Part shown: positions 38,956 to 48,582 of the stretch, piece after piece | Layout: each line of letters starts with the position of its first letter | How positions within the stretch are numbered: the first letter of the stretch is position 1 | Source: Desulfonatronovibrionaceae bacterium | Lineage (GTDB): Bacteria; Desulfobacterota; Desulfovibrionia; Desulfovibrionales; Desulfonatronovibrionaceae | NCBI GenBank assembly: GCA_046539845.1 | Contig: JBKHGE010000010.1 | Span: 1-56,147, forward strand | Direction of reading: 5' to 3' | DNA length: 56,147 nucleotides | Notes under the pieces: generated by a model | What the model saw: only the letters and a program-made list of their open reading frames with translations | Database searches by the model: none | Told to the model about the DNA's origin: nothing | Made by a program: the position numbers and the translations under genes

Positions 38956-40722
38956 TCAGGTATCGTAATATGTGCGCAGGGATTCGCTGCGTACCGGATG
39001 ACGGAGCTTGCGCAAAGCCTTGGCCTCAATCTGGCGGATCCGCTCCCTGGTCACGTTGAACAATTTGCCCACCTCCTCCAGGGTATGGTCGGATTTCTCC
39101 CCTATTCCGAAACGCTTACGCAGAACCTGCTCCTCACGCGGAGTGAGTTCGGACAAAACAGTGGAGATCTGCTCCGAGAGCTTGGTGTTGACCACTTCCT
39201 CGGCCGGGGCCACCGCCTTTTTGTCCTCGATAAAATCACCCAGACTACTGTCTTCTTCATCCCCGATCGGGGTCTCCAAAGAAATTGGCTCCTTGGCGAT
39301 CTTAAGGACCTTTTTCACCTTTTCCAGGGGATAGTCCATCCTCTCCGCGATTTCCTCCGGAGTGGGATCCCGACCCAATTCCTGGACCAGATACCTGGAG
39401 GTGCGGACCAGCTTGTTTATGGTCTCTATCATATGCACCGGGATGCGGATAGTGCGTGCCTGGTCGGCAATGGCCCGGGTTATGGCCTGTCTGATCCACC
39501 AAGTAGCATAAGTGGAGAACTTGTATCCCCTTTGATATTCAAACTTGTCCACCGCCTTCATCAGGCCGATATTGCCCTCCTGGATCAGATCCAGAAACTG
39601 CAGCCCGCGGTTGGTGTACTTTTTGGCAATGGAGACCACCAGGCGCAGATTGGCCCGGATGAGCTCCTGTTTGGCTTCCAGGGCGTCCAGATTGCCCTTT
39701 TCCACTCGCCATAGGATATCCTCCAGCTCGTGCACATCGTGCATGCAGCGTTCCTGCAGCCGGTTCAGGATTTCCTTTTTGCCGTAGATCATCTCTTTAA
39801 AGGAGAACAGCTCCTCCACGGTCATCCCCAGCTCGTCAGCCGCAGCCACCGGATTGATCTCCCTGTTCTCCACTTTGTTGAACAGGTCGTAGATCTCGTC
39901 CTGGGTCTTGCCTAGAGAGAGTATGTACGCGCCCAGATCGCGGTGGCAATTGTACATCTGCCGCACATAATCGTGCACGGTCTCAATGACCTTGTCGATC
40001 AGGGTTTTTTCCGGCTTAATGCACCGCAGGCAGTCCACGACCTCGTACTTGTACTCAATTATCCGCTTTTGCACGCCGTAAACCCTGCGGTCCAGCCGGG
40101 CGCACTCGTCAAACTTGTTGTAGATGTGATACTTCTTTTTCAGAATGGATCTTATCTGCTCCAGAAGCTGCAGGACCCTTTCACGCTGATTCATCTCCTC
40201 TTCCGAGGGATCATCCTCCTCAATGGTCTTGACCACGTCTTTCAGTTTGATTCTATCTTCGCGCAGGTCTTCTCCGATCTTGATGATCTCCTCCACCGCT
40301 ACCGGGACCTCGACCAAGGCGAGCAAGACATCCACCTCCCCGGCCTCAATCTTCTTAGCGATCTCCACTTCACCTTCCCGGTCCAGAAGACCGACTGAGC
40401 CCATCTCCCTAAGATACATGCGCACCGGGTCGCTGCTGCGGGAAGGTGCGTCCGCTGCCTCCTCGGACTCCTCGATCTGCACCTCGGAAGTGCTCGCCGC
40501 GGTGGAATCCGAGGCGGATACTACGGAAAAGGCCTTTCCGGCCTTGCTGTCCACAATGGTGATATCCAGCTGGTCGAAAATGGCTATGATTTCCTCTACC
40601 TGCTCCGGATTGTTCACTTCCGCGGGCAGGGCCTTGTTCAGCTCATCAAAGGTCAAAAAACCTTTTTTCTTGCCTTCGGCGATCAAGGCCTTGATTTGCT
40701 GTACGTCCTTAATACTGCTCAT
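38956..40722 (-). CDS. rpoD: RNA polymerase primary sigma factor
   Basis: [39 protein letters not shown] and [16 protein letters not shown]. Confidence 0.98.
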   Translation of the reverse strand: MSSIKDVQQIKALIAEGKKKGFLTFDELNKALPAEVNNPEQVEEIIAIFDQLDITIVDSKAGKAFSVVSASDSTAASTSEVQIEESEEAADAPSRSSDPVRMYLREMGSVGLLDREGEVEIAKKIEAGEVDVLLALVEVPVAVEEIIKIGEDLREDRIKLKDVVKTIEEDDPSEEEMNQRERVLQLLEQIRSILKKKYHIYNKFDECARLDRRVYGVQKRIIEYKYEVVDCLRCIKPEKTLIDKVIETVHDYVRQMYNCHRDLGAYILSLGKTQDEIYDLFNKVENREINPVAAADELGMTVEELFSFKEMIYGKKEILNRLQERCMHDVHELEDILWRVEKGNLDALEAKQELIRANLRLVVSIAKKYTNRGLQFLDLIQEGNIGLMKAVDKFEYQRGYKFSTYATWWIRQAITRAIADQARTIRIPVHMIETINKLVRTSRYLVQELGRDPTPEEIAERMDYPLEKVKKVLKIAKEPISLETPIGDEEDSSLGDFIEDKKAVAPAEEVVNTKLSEQISTVLSELTPREEQVLRKRFGIGEKSDHTLEEVGKLFNVTRERIRQIEAKALRKLRHPVRSESLRTYYDT

Positions 40723-40868
40723 CTTCCCCCCTGAACGTGTAATGGCCCGTTTGGATATTGTTTATAGCTTTTACGCAAAATCTTTGTCAAAATCCCGGCC
40801 GACAACCAAACTGACAAAAATGGACTAAACACCGCTTCCCCGCCACCGGCTCAAAAGCGGCGTTAGCA

Positions 40869-42599
40869 TCAGGCTGAAAAATACCCTGCATCTTGATTTT
40901 TGTGCATGTTTTCCTGCAAGAGCCGCAGTATCCGCTTGACCTCCTCCCGGTCGCCTTCTTTCTCCGCCCTAGCCAGGGCTTTGCGCAGATACTGCCGAGC
41001 GGTTTTGTCCTCTTTGCTACGCAAAAAAATGCGCAATTGCCTGCGCAGGTCCTCTCTGCGGGAGGCAAGCTCCTCTCTCCGCTGCTGGCTTTGGTAATAA
41101 AACGCCCTTTCCTGCTCATCCAGAAACGGCAGGAACTCACTCTCCTGCCTGTTTTGTATCTTCTGCCACAGATTCCGGGCCCAGCTGTTGACCAGGCACA
41201 ACTCCATATCGCTGTCCCTGAATTCGGTCTTGAATTCCGGAAAACAGAGCAAAATACTCAAAATTTCCTTATCCCTGAGGCCGCAGCCGCCGGATGTTCC
41301 CCGGTCCGCATCTCTTGCGGTCTGAGGGTTTTTTGCGGCCGCGTCCTTTTCCACCGCTTGGCGGAACTCTTTCTCCGCCAGACCCAGCTCCGCTGCCAGC
41401 CTAGGAATATAGTAGGCCCGCCAGGTGACATCCTGCAGCCGGTTCAAAAATCCCTTGGCCCAGTGCATGGTCTCCCGGGGGGAATAATCTCTATTAAGTT
41501 CGCGCAGGCAAAAATCAAGGCCCCGCAGGGATTTTTTTTTCAGTCCTTCCAGGGCCTCTTTTCCATTTTCGCGCAGGAAACTGTCAACATCCTCGCCTTC
41601 CGGGAGGTCCACGACCAAGCACTCCAGCCCCTGGCCCAGGATCATCTCCGCGCTGCGCAAAGCGGCCTTGCGCCCTGCTCCATCCCCGTCAAAGACCAGT
41701 ACCACCCGGCGGACGAGATTGCCCAACCTTTTAACCTGTCCCGAGGTCAGGGCGGTCCCCAAAACCCCGCAGGAATGAGTAAACCCAAACTGATGCAGGG
41801 CGATCACATCCAGATAGCCTTCGGTCAAAAAGACTTCCTTTTTCTGGCTGACACTGGTTCTGGCCCGACTCAGTCCGTACAGGTGCTCGCCTTTGGTGTA
41901 TATCTCGGATTCCCGGCTGTTCAGGTATTTGGGCTCCCCGCCGTCTATGGCCCGGGCCCCAAAGGCCACGCAATGTCCGGAAAGAGAGATTATGGGAAAG
42001 ATCAGCCGACCCCGGAAACGATCGAATACCGTCCCCTTCCTGCCCTGTCCGAGCAGCCCAGACTCCAGACCCAGCTCCCGGGTATAGCCCTTGGAGAGCA
42101 AGAAATTTTCCAGGCCGTGCCACTGCTCCGGGCTCCATCCCAGGCAAAAACTCTCTTCCAAGTCAGCGCTCACCCCCCGCTTTCGGAGATAGTTCCTGGC
42201 CGACTCACCCTCCCGGCCCTTGAGCCGGGAACAGAAATAGTGCTTGGCCAAATCATGCATCTCCAGAAACAGGGTCTTTTTCCGTTTTCTTTGGGCACTC
42301 TGTCCGGTGCGCGCACCGGTTGAGACACCGGCCTCACGGGCCAGCTGTTCCAGGGCTTCCTTGAATTCAAGGCCGTTTATACGCCTGTAGAATTCAATAA
42401 CATCCCCGCCAGCCTGACAGCCGAAGCAATAAAAGAACCCCAGCTCGGGATTCACAGAAAACGAACCCTTGGTCTCCTGATGGAAGGGACACACCCCTAT
42501 CCACCTCTCGCCGGCCTGGCGCAGCTCTACATAACGGCTGACCACCTCTACCAGATCTACCTTAGTCTTGACTTCCTCTATGGTGGACGGACCGCCCAT
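40869..42599 (-). CDS. dnaG: DNA primase
   Basis: CPFHQE..CFGC zinc finger, FRGRLIFPI, PKYLNS, EGYLDV and FDGDGAG. Confidence 0.97.
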   Translation of the reverse strand: MGGPSTIEEVKTKVDLVEVVSRYVELRQAGERWIGVCPFHQETKGSFSVNPELGFFYCFGCQAGGDVIEFYRRINGLEFKEALEQLAREAGVSTGARTGQSAQRKRKKTLFLEMHDLAKHYFCSRLKGREGESARNYLRKRGVSADLEESFCLGWSPEQWHGLENFLLSKGYTRELGLESGLLGQGRKGTVFDRFRGRLIFPIISLSGHCVAFGARAIDGGEPKYLNSRESEIYTKGEHLYGLSRARTSVSQKKEVFLTEGYLDVIALHQFGFTHSCGVLGTALTSGQVKRLGNLVRRVVLVFDGDGAGRKAALRSAEMILGQGLECLVVDLPEGEDVDSFLRENGKEALEGLKKKSLRGLDFCLRELNRDYSPRETMHWAKGFLNRLQDVTWRAYYIPRLAAELGLAEKEFRQAVEKDAAAKNPQTARDADRGTSGGCGLRDKEILSILLCFPEFKTEFRDSDMELCLVNSWARNLWQKIQNRQESEFLPFLDEQERAFYYQSQQRREELASRREDLRRQLRIFLRSKEDKTARQYLRKALARAEKEGDREEVKRILRLLQENMHKNQDAGYFSA

Positions 42600-42705
42600 A
42601 AGCGCTCTTTCCCCTAAAATTCCGGTTCGTGAGCCACGAAGGGCCTTTGTTTCTTGTCCTCAAACCAGCAAAATAGCGCCAAACCTTGAAAGACAGAAAT
42701 CCGGC

Positions 42706-45000
42706 CTACCTGAGTTCGACAACAGTCACCCCGGCTCCGCCTTCGTCTTCCGGGGCCAGTTCATGGCTCCTGACCTGAGGGGCTCCGGATAGGTACTCGT
42801 GGACCGCCTTTTTCAGGGCGCCGGACCCCTTGCCGTGCAAAACTTCCAGCCGATAACGGCCGGACAGCAGGGCCTGGTCCAGAAATTTCTCCAACCTGGA
42901 TAGCCCTTCATCCACCCTAAGGCCCCGCAGGTCAAGCCGTAACGAAGCTGCTTCTTTGGCCGGACCGAGATAACCGCTGCGGTCTTCAGCGATTTCCGAC
43001 CCGCTTTCCTCTGCAGGCCGTAAGTCACTGAAGGACACCCACATGCTCACCCCGCCCAGGTCCAGCTTGACCAGACCCTTTCTCTCGTCCTTGTCCCGGA
43101 TCACACCTTTTTTATTCCACGGCACATACAAACAGGCAAGCCCCGGGGAAAGATCCTCTCGGGCGACCCTTACTGCGGGGTTTTTGCCCGTTTGGGGTCC
43201 GGCTTGGCCGCGCAGCCGGGCAAGTTCTTTAAGGGCCTGTTTGCGCCCGGCTTTGCCCTCTCTCCAGCGCTTGATGATCTCCCTGGACTGTTCCCTGATT
43301 TCCCGGGCCAGCTTTTCCCGTTCCCGGTCCAGTTCCTTTTGCCTGCGTTCGCACTCGGCCTCCATCCTGTCCCGCTCCTGCCGGAGCCTTTCCAGCTCCT
43401 TTTCCCGCTTTAGGGCAAGAGAATTCAGGCGCTCAAAGACCTCTTTTTCATTTCCGCCGACCAAGAGATACTCCCGGGCCCGATCCAGGATTTCTCCGGG
43501 CAGCCCTTCCTCTCGAGCCACATCCAGGGCCTGGCTCTCCCCGACCTGGTCATAGGCCAGGCGGTACAACGGGGTCTTTGTCCGGGGGTCAAACAAAACT
43601 GAAGCCGCCCTGGCCTTGTCCTTGGTCAGGCCGTAGGCCTTGAGGGCTGGGAAATGAGTGGCCGCTCCCACCCAGGCCCCTCGGTCAGCAAGTCCGTCCA
43701 GCACGGCCTGGGCCAAAGCGGCGCCCTGGCTGGGGGAGGTTCCGGCCCCGAATTCGTCCAAAATGACCAGGGTAAAAGGATCCACTTGCGGCCAAAAATC
43801 GCGTAAATGCCGAATCTGAGCAGTGAAAGTGCTTAAGTTCTCCTCCAGGCTCTGCTCGTCACCCATAGACACGAAAATCTTCGGCCAGAACGGGAGCTCA
43901 CTGCCCTCGGCCACCGGCACGGGCAGGCCGCAGGAGGCCATGCAGGCACAAAGTCCCAGAGTCTTCAGGGCCACGGTCTTTCCCCCGGAGTTCCCGCCGC
44001 TTATGATAAGCATCCTCTGCCCCTCATCCAGGGCGATATCTACCGGCTGGACAAAGCCCTTGCGCAGGGCCAAAATGGGATGACGGGCTTGGTTAAGGGC
44101 CAAACGCTCGTTTTGGCTGACATCCAGGGCTGTTCCATCCATCTCCCGGCCCAGGGCGCACTTGGCCAGCAAGGCATCCATCTCCGTGGTGCGGGTATAC
44201 AAGAGACGCAGCTGGCCTTTTTCCTGGCTCGCCAAAGAAGTCAGATAATCCAGGATATTGTCTGTCTCTTCCTTTTCCTCGCGCTTCAAGCCCTGCAGCC
44301 GGTTATTGAGATCCATCAAAAACAAGGGTTCGAAATAGCAGGTCTCTCCGGTCTGGGAGTAGTCATGGACAATCCCCTTGAGCCGGCCCTTGAAATTGGT
44401 CTTTAAGGCCAGGACATAGCGGTCCGAGGATATAGTCAAAAATTCGTCCTGCAGATACTTATAAAGTTGTCCCCCCTGCAGATTATCCTGGACCTTTTTG
44501 GTGCACTTCTCCCGCAGACTGCGGATCTCACCGCGGACAAAGGCCAACGCCGGGGAACTCTCATCTTTGAGCTGCCCGGAATCATCCAGGCATCTTTTGA
44601 CTGCTGCCGCCAGTTTCTGCGGCCAAGCAAATCCTTGGGAAAAGATCTGCAGATGGGGGAACCTTGCGGGATCAATCCCGTCCAGGGCCTGCATAGCTTT
44701 GCCTGCGGAGGCAAATGCCTGCTGCAGTCCCCAGAAGGCCTCGATCTCCAGCTTGGCCCCCGGTCTTTGTAATGCCAAAAACACCCCGTCCAGATCCGGA
44801 AAAGCGGACAGAGAGAACCCGCTTTCCCCCTGCCAGGCCATGGCCTCGCGCAAAAGGGCTACCGAATCCCGCACTTCTGCGGCCCCGGACAAGGGTGAAA
44901 TCCGAGCGCACCACCTCCGGCCGGGATCGGTCACCGCGTAATCGCTCAACCGGTCCAGGACTTTATCCAGCTCCAACAGCTTTAATGTTCGGGATAGCAT
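42706..45000 (-). CDS. mutS2: MutS2 endonuclease with Smr domain
   Basis: ISGGNSGGKT, STFTAQ, LDEFGAGT and ATHF; C-terminal LDLRG..HGKGSG. Confidence 0.95.
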   Translation of the reverse strand: MLSRTLKLLELDKVLDRLSDYAVTDPGRRWCARISPLSGAAEVRDSVALLREAMAWQGESGFSLSAFPDLDGVFLALQRPGAKLEIEAFWGLQQAFASAGKAMQALDGIDPARFPHLQIFSQGFAWPQKLAAAVKRCLDDSGQLKDESSPALAFVRGEIRSLREKCTKKVQDNLQGGQLYKYLQDEFLTISSDRYVLALKTNFKGRLKGIVHDYSQTGETCYFEPLFLMDLNNRLQGLKREEKEETDNILDYLTSLASQEKGQLRLLYTRTTEMDALLAKCALGREMDGTALDVSQNERLALNQARHPILALRKGFVQPVDIALDEGQRMLIISGGNSGGKTVALKTLGLCACMASCGLPVPVAEGSELPFWPKIFVSMGDEQSLEENLSTFTAQIRHLRDFWPQVDPFTLVILDEFGAGTSPSQGAALAQAVLDGLADRGAWVGAATHFPALKAYGLTKDKARAASVLFDPRTKTPLYRLAYDQVGESQALDVAREEGLPGEILDRAREYLLVGGNEKEVFERLNSLALKREKELERLRQERDRMEAECERRQKELDREREKLAREIREQSREIIKRWREGKAGRKQALKELARLRGQAGPQTGKNPAVRVAREDLSPGLACLYVPWNKKGVIRDKDERKGLVKLDLGGVSMWVSFSDLRPAEESGSEIAEDRSGYLGPAKEAASLRLDLRGLRVDEGLSRLEKFLDQALLSGRYRLEVLHGKGSGALKKAVHEYLSGAPQVRSHELAPEDEGGAGVTVVELR

Positions 45001-45054
45001 AATCTGGGTAATTTTATTGCGGACAACCTGCTGTGGGCCGCCTGAGCTGCCGCT

Positions 45055-45302
45055 AAACTGTACACGCCCTGCCGGGTACAGTTTGGATTTCCTTTGTGCG
45101 GAGGGAAGACAGGGGCCGATCCGTTCATCCGGACCCGGGCTTTCTCTTCGGCCCTAACGGACCTTGTTGCTGGCCGGAAAAAAGTTCCCCGGCTGACCTT
45201 TTTTAATGGCTGCCTCAAGCACCCTCAAGACAGCCACTTCTTTCTCATCACCGGACCCAACAGGCCGGAGATGAGCCTCAGGAGCCCATTTCTTCGGGCC
45301 CC
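45055..45302 (-). ncRNA. Candidate structured RNA / hairpin array between rpsU and mutS2
   Basis: Five stems at 45281-45302, 45244-45275, 45207-45236, 45173-45193 and 45055-45084; several pair through G-U only on the minus strand. Confidence 0.3.
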
Positions 45303-45309
45303 CACCAAA

Positions 45310-45510
45310 TCAGGACATCTTCATTTTGCGCATCTTCTTCATCAGCCTCTTGCGTGCGGCCGCTTCCTTCTTCTTCTTCTGCACGCTGGGCTTTTCATAG
45401 TGCTGGCGCTTCTTAAGTTCGGACAAAATCCCGGATTTTTCCACCTGTTTTTTGAATTTACGCAATGCGTAATCAAAATTATCGTTATCGTTCAGAATAA
45501 CTCCCGGCAA
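45310..45510 (-). CDS. rpsU: 30S ribosomal protein S21
   Basis: [24 protein letters not shown] start after GAGGAGGTG. Confidence 0.97.
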   Translation of the reverse strand: MPGVILNDNDNFDYALRKFKKQVEKSGILSELKKRQHYEKPSVQKKKKEAAARKRLMKKMRKMKMS

Positions 45511-45572
45511 ATCTACTCACCTCCTCATCACAAAAATCAGCTCGTCTTCAAAAAGCTTTTGTTTAATATTTA

Positions 45573-45601
45573 ATATTAAATCTTAATCTACGCTTTGACA
45601 A
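45573..45601 (-). promoter_or_regulatory. Sigma70 promoter of rpsU
   Basis: Minus strand TTGTCA-17nt-TAATAT. Confidence 0.6.
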
Positions 45602-45637
45602 GAAAAAAAGGACCCCGCTTCCAGGCAGGGTCCTTTG
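45601..45637 (-). terminator. Intrinsic terminator after HU and the small membrane gene
   Basis: Minus strand aaaggaccctgc-ctggaa-gcggggtccttt followed by ttttctt. Confidence 0.8.
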
Positions 45638-45660
45638 TGTTTTTGGAGAACCGTGCGAGG

Positions 45661-45843
45661 CTACAATTCCTTTTTCTTCTCCCGCAAGGTATCGCTTATG
45701 GATTTCAGGATTGTAACCCCAAGCCCGCTGGCCAGCACCAAAATCACCGCATACAGTACCCCGAAAAACACGAAGTGGTCCGGGTTCCACCACGGCAGAT
45801 CCTGCGGCAGGGGACTCTGGATCGTCTCACCGGGAATCATCAT
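45661..45843 (-). CDS. Small single-TM hypothetical protein
   Basis: GGAGG SD; PWWNPDHFVFFGVLY, then a TM helix and basic tail; lies between HU and a terminator. Confidence 0.75.
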   Translation of the reverse strand: MMIPGETIQSPLPQDLPWWNPDHFVFFGVLYAVILVLASGLGVTILKSISDTLREKKKEL

Positions 45844-45863
45844 AATAAACGCCTCCAGACGTT

Positions 45864-46136
45864 TTATTTCACTGCTTCCTTAAGAAGCTTTCCGGGTCTG
45901 AATTTGACCACCTTACAGGCGGGAATCTTAATCGCTTCGCCGGAACGGGGGTTGCGTCCCATCCGTTCCTTTCTCTTTTCCACAGCAAAAGTACCGAATC
46001 CGGTCAGGGTCAATTTGCCTTCCTTGACCAGGGTATCCTCCACTGAATCCAGAAAGGCATTCAGGGCCTTTTCCGAATCCGCCTTGGTCAGGCCGGCTTT
46101 CTCCGCAATCTTGGAAATCAAATCTGCTTTAGTCAT
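45864..46136 (-). CDS. hup: DNA-binding protein HU
   Basis: [36 protein letters not shown]. Confidence 0.96.
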   Translation of the reverse strand: MTKADLISKIAEKAGLTKADSEKALNAFLDSVEDTLVKEGKLTLTGFGTFAVEKRKERMGRNPRSGEAIKIPACKVVKFRPGKLLKEAVK

Positions 46137-46359
46137 AATTCCTCCTCATAAAAAAGATTGACTTGTGAGACGCTTAAAAGATCCACCAAAAAAACATGCC
46201 ATCACAATAGCATTTTCACCGCTTGGTTGACCGGCCGAATTTCAGTATGCTGTGGCAGATTTCCAAACCCATGTCAAACCGGCAGCAAAATAATTCCGCG
46301 CTAAAAACGGTCTTGACTAAATTTTTCGGCTTAAGTCAAGGCTTAAGCCGAAAAAAGCG

Positions 46360-47136
46360 CTACTTGGTAAAAATTATCCGCGCCAAACCAGGAAATGCCT
46401 GCGGCGGGACCTCCTCCGGGCGGGACCCGGAATGCAGACCGTGCCCCTCCAGCCATGCAGAAAATCCCTCACCCCGGTAATCACGGAGTATATTCCCCAG
46501 CTGTTTACGGCGCCTGGAAAAGACCATCTTAATGCTCGCAGCCAGCTTAGCCCTATCAATAAATTTGCCTTGTTTCAAGGGATAGAAGCGGACGACTGCC
46601 GATTCCACCCTGGGACGGGGATAGAAAACATCCGGACCGACCCGGAAGAGGTACTCGGTACAGACAAAATTCTGCACCCAGGCGGAAAGCGCTCCATAGG
46701 TCCGGCTACCCGGCCCGGCACAAATCCGCTGGGCAACTTCCTTTTGGAGCATAAATACCATCCGCTCGAAAAGGCGCATCCGGGAAACAGCCTCCCAGAT
46801 TATGGGCGAGGCTACATTATAGGGGAGATTCCCGACAATCTTCATGCCTGGAATCCGGTCCACCACCTCCCAGACAAATCCCAGCGCGTCCGCGTTCAGC
46901 ACGGCCAGATCCGGATATACCCTTTTCAGATCCCGGCACAAATTTCGGTCCTTTTCCAGGGCCATGACCAAGTGGAAAAAGCCCAAAAGGACTCGGGTCA
47001 AAGCCCCCTGCCCGGGGCCGATCTCCAGGGCCCGATCTGTGGCCGCCGGGTCTAAACAGCTTACTATCTTGCGCGCGGTATTCGGGTCGGACAAAAAATT
47101 CTGGCCCAGGGATTTCTTGGGTTGTCTCGGGCTCAT
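46360..47136 (-). CDS. rsmA: 16S rRNA adenine dimethyltransferase
   Basis: PKKSLGQNFL, LEIGPGQG, GNLPYNVAS and MLQKEVA. ATG at 47136 overlaps the upstream stop (ATGA). Confidence 0.95.
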   Translation of the reverse strand: MSPRQPKKSLGQNFLSDPNTARKIVSCLDPAATDRALEIGPGQGALTRVLLGFFHLVMALEKDRNLCRDLKRVYPDLAVLNADALGFVWEVVDRIPGMKIVGNLPYNVASPIIWEAVSRMRLFERMVFMLQKEVAQRICAGPGSRTYGALSAWVQNFVCTEYLFRVGPDVFYPRPRVESAVVRFYPLKQGKFIDRAKLAASIKMVFSRRRKQLGNILRDYRGEGFSAWLEGHGLHSGSRPEEVPPQAFPGLARIIFTK

Positions 47137-47624
47137 GGCTTGCGGTTTTTCTTGGCGCGCCACCTGGCCATACGCCGGGCGTGATACACACGGATCAAAC
47201 GCAGGGAAACGAAATAGGTGACAAACGCGGCCGGCAGGGCCATTGCCAGTCCGCCGATAAACATGACCCCGAAGGTCTTCCACCCGAAGGTCATCATCTC
47301 CAGCATGGAGTGGGGCTGACCATCAAATCCTTCCATACGGACCGGGATTAGAAACTTTCCTATCCGGTGGGCCACATAATACAAAAAAACCATATCCGCG
47401 GGATTGGATACCCAGGTCCCCAAAACAGCGGCCAGTTTGCTGCACCTGAAGGCAAAGGCCAAGACCAGAACCACCACGGTTTGAAAGGGGATTATCGGCA
47501 AAAGGCCGATAAACACACCCATGGCCAAACCCATGGCCACCGAGTGCGCAGGTGCTTTTATCCTCAATAGGGACAGGTACCAGAAGCGGGCAGACCTCCT
47601 GCCCCGCGCCCATAATCTGTTCAA
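47133..47624 (-). CDS. DUF2062 family membrane protein
   Basis: HSVAMGLAMGVFIGLLPIIPFQT and GTWVSNP. TTG start at 47624 inferred (track 47702). Confidence 0.82.
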   Translation of the reverse strand: MNRLWARGRRSARFWYLSLLRIKAPAHSVAMGLAMGVFIGLLPIIPFQTVVVLVLAFAFRCSKLAAVLGTWVSNPADMVFLYYVAHRIGKFLIPVRMEGFDGQPHSMLEMMTFGWKTFGVMFIGGLAMALPAAFVTYFVSLRLIRVYHARRMARWRAKKNRKP

Positions 47625-47888
47625 TTCAATCCATCCGGGAGAGATTAAGACCGGCCATCCTCGCCCTGCAGTCTGACAACGCGACAAAGCGGGAAAAAGC
47701 AAATAATAAAAGACGCCCCAAACGTCCAGGACATATTTTGCAGATCAAAAAAGCGAAGATCCCCAAAAAACAAGCCGCCGGGTCCGCTGCAACAGGGAGC
47801 AGGCGGAAATAAAAGCCGGGAAAATACTCAGTTCCGCCCCCTGGGGTTGTTGAACAAACCGCGATATAAGAAATTTCTCAACACTCAG

Positions 47889-48407
47889 CTAGGCACCGTC
47901 CAGTCCACCCCGGTCCTGATCCCGGGCCCAGGCCTGGGGATCCTCATAAAAATAGCTCAGATCCGAGAGAAGGATGTAATGCGCCTTTTCCTCCTGAATC
48001 ATCCTCTGCAGGAATTCTTTTTCCTTGTCTTCTGCGGCCTGATCCAGAGCCTGTTCATATAACTGCACCAGGGCCAGTTCGAATTCGATGCCGGTGTCCA
48101 GGACGGCTGGCCGCTCTTTGCAGCTGGACTGGTCGTGTTTGGCAACTATCCGGCTAAAGATCCCGTGTGCATCCCCGAATTCACTATCTAGTGTACACAC
48201 GCTCTCCCAATCCCCGTTTTCTTCCAGGGCCCGGGCCAGCTCTTTTATCCGTTCCCGGTGCCTGATCTCATCGTCCCGGAGCATGGCAAACACTTCCCGG
48301 GCCGGGCCTTTGGGGCATTCTTTGACGGCCCGGTTGTAGAATTCATACCCCTTTTCCTCCATTTCCAAAGCCTTGCACACCCAGTTGTACATCCGCTCAT
48401 TTTTCAT
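47889..48407 (-). CDS. Ferritin-like / rubrerythrin-family diiron protein
   Basis: ALEMEEKGYEFY..DEIRH and FE..LY..EEKAH paired ExxH motifs; AGGAGGGT SD. Confidence 0.85.
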   Translation of the reverse strand: MKNERMYNWVCKALEMEEKGYEFYNRAVKECPKGPAREVFAMLRDDEIRHRERIKELARALEENGDWESVCTLDSEFGDAHGIFSRIVAKHDQSSCKERPAVLDTGIEFELALVQLYEQALDQAAEDKEKEFLQRMIQEEKAHYILLSDLSYFYEDPQAWARDQDRGGLDGA

Positions 48408-48520
48408 CTCACCCTCCTTTGGCGCAAAATGTTCAAGATCCGCGCCCCGGACTACAGTTTAGAGTCCAAAACAGGGTGGCATAAATACTTGCGGGCATCA
48501 ACTGCCTGCCAGGGACTCAG

Positions 48521-48547
48521 ATAAAAGGCCCGCAACAAGCGAGCCTT
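48521..48547 (-). terminator. Probable terminator after lon
   Basis: Minus strand aaggctcgc-ttgtt-gcgggcctt followed by ttat. Confidence 0.55.
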
Positions 48548-48582
48548 GGACATCGCAGAGACTCAGATGAGGCGAACAGCTA

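Noticed and set aside
40893..42323. 476-aa plus-strand ORF
   Set aside because: Antisense to dnaG; the expected GC-rich shadow frame with no recognisable domain.
47844..47888. Imperfect inverted repeat (ttgttgaacaaa...tttctcaacac), possible MITE remnant
   Set aside because: Short and mismatched, no second copy seen, no target-site duplication.
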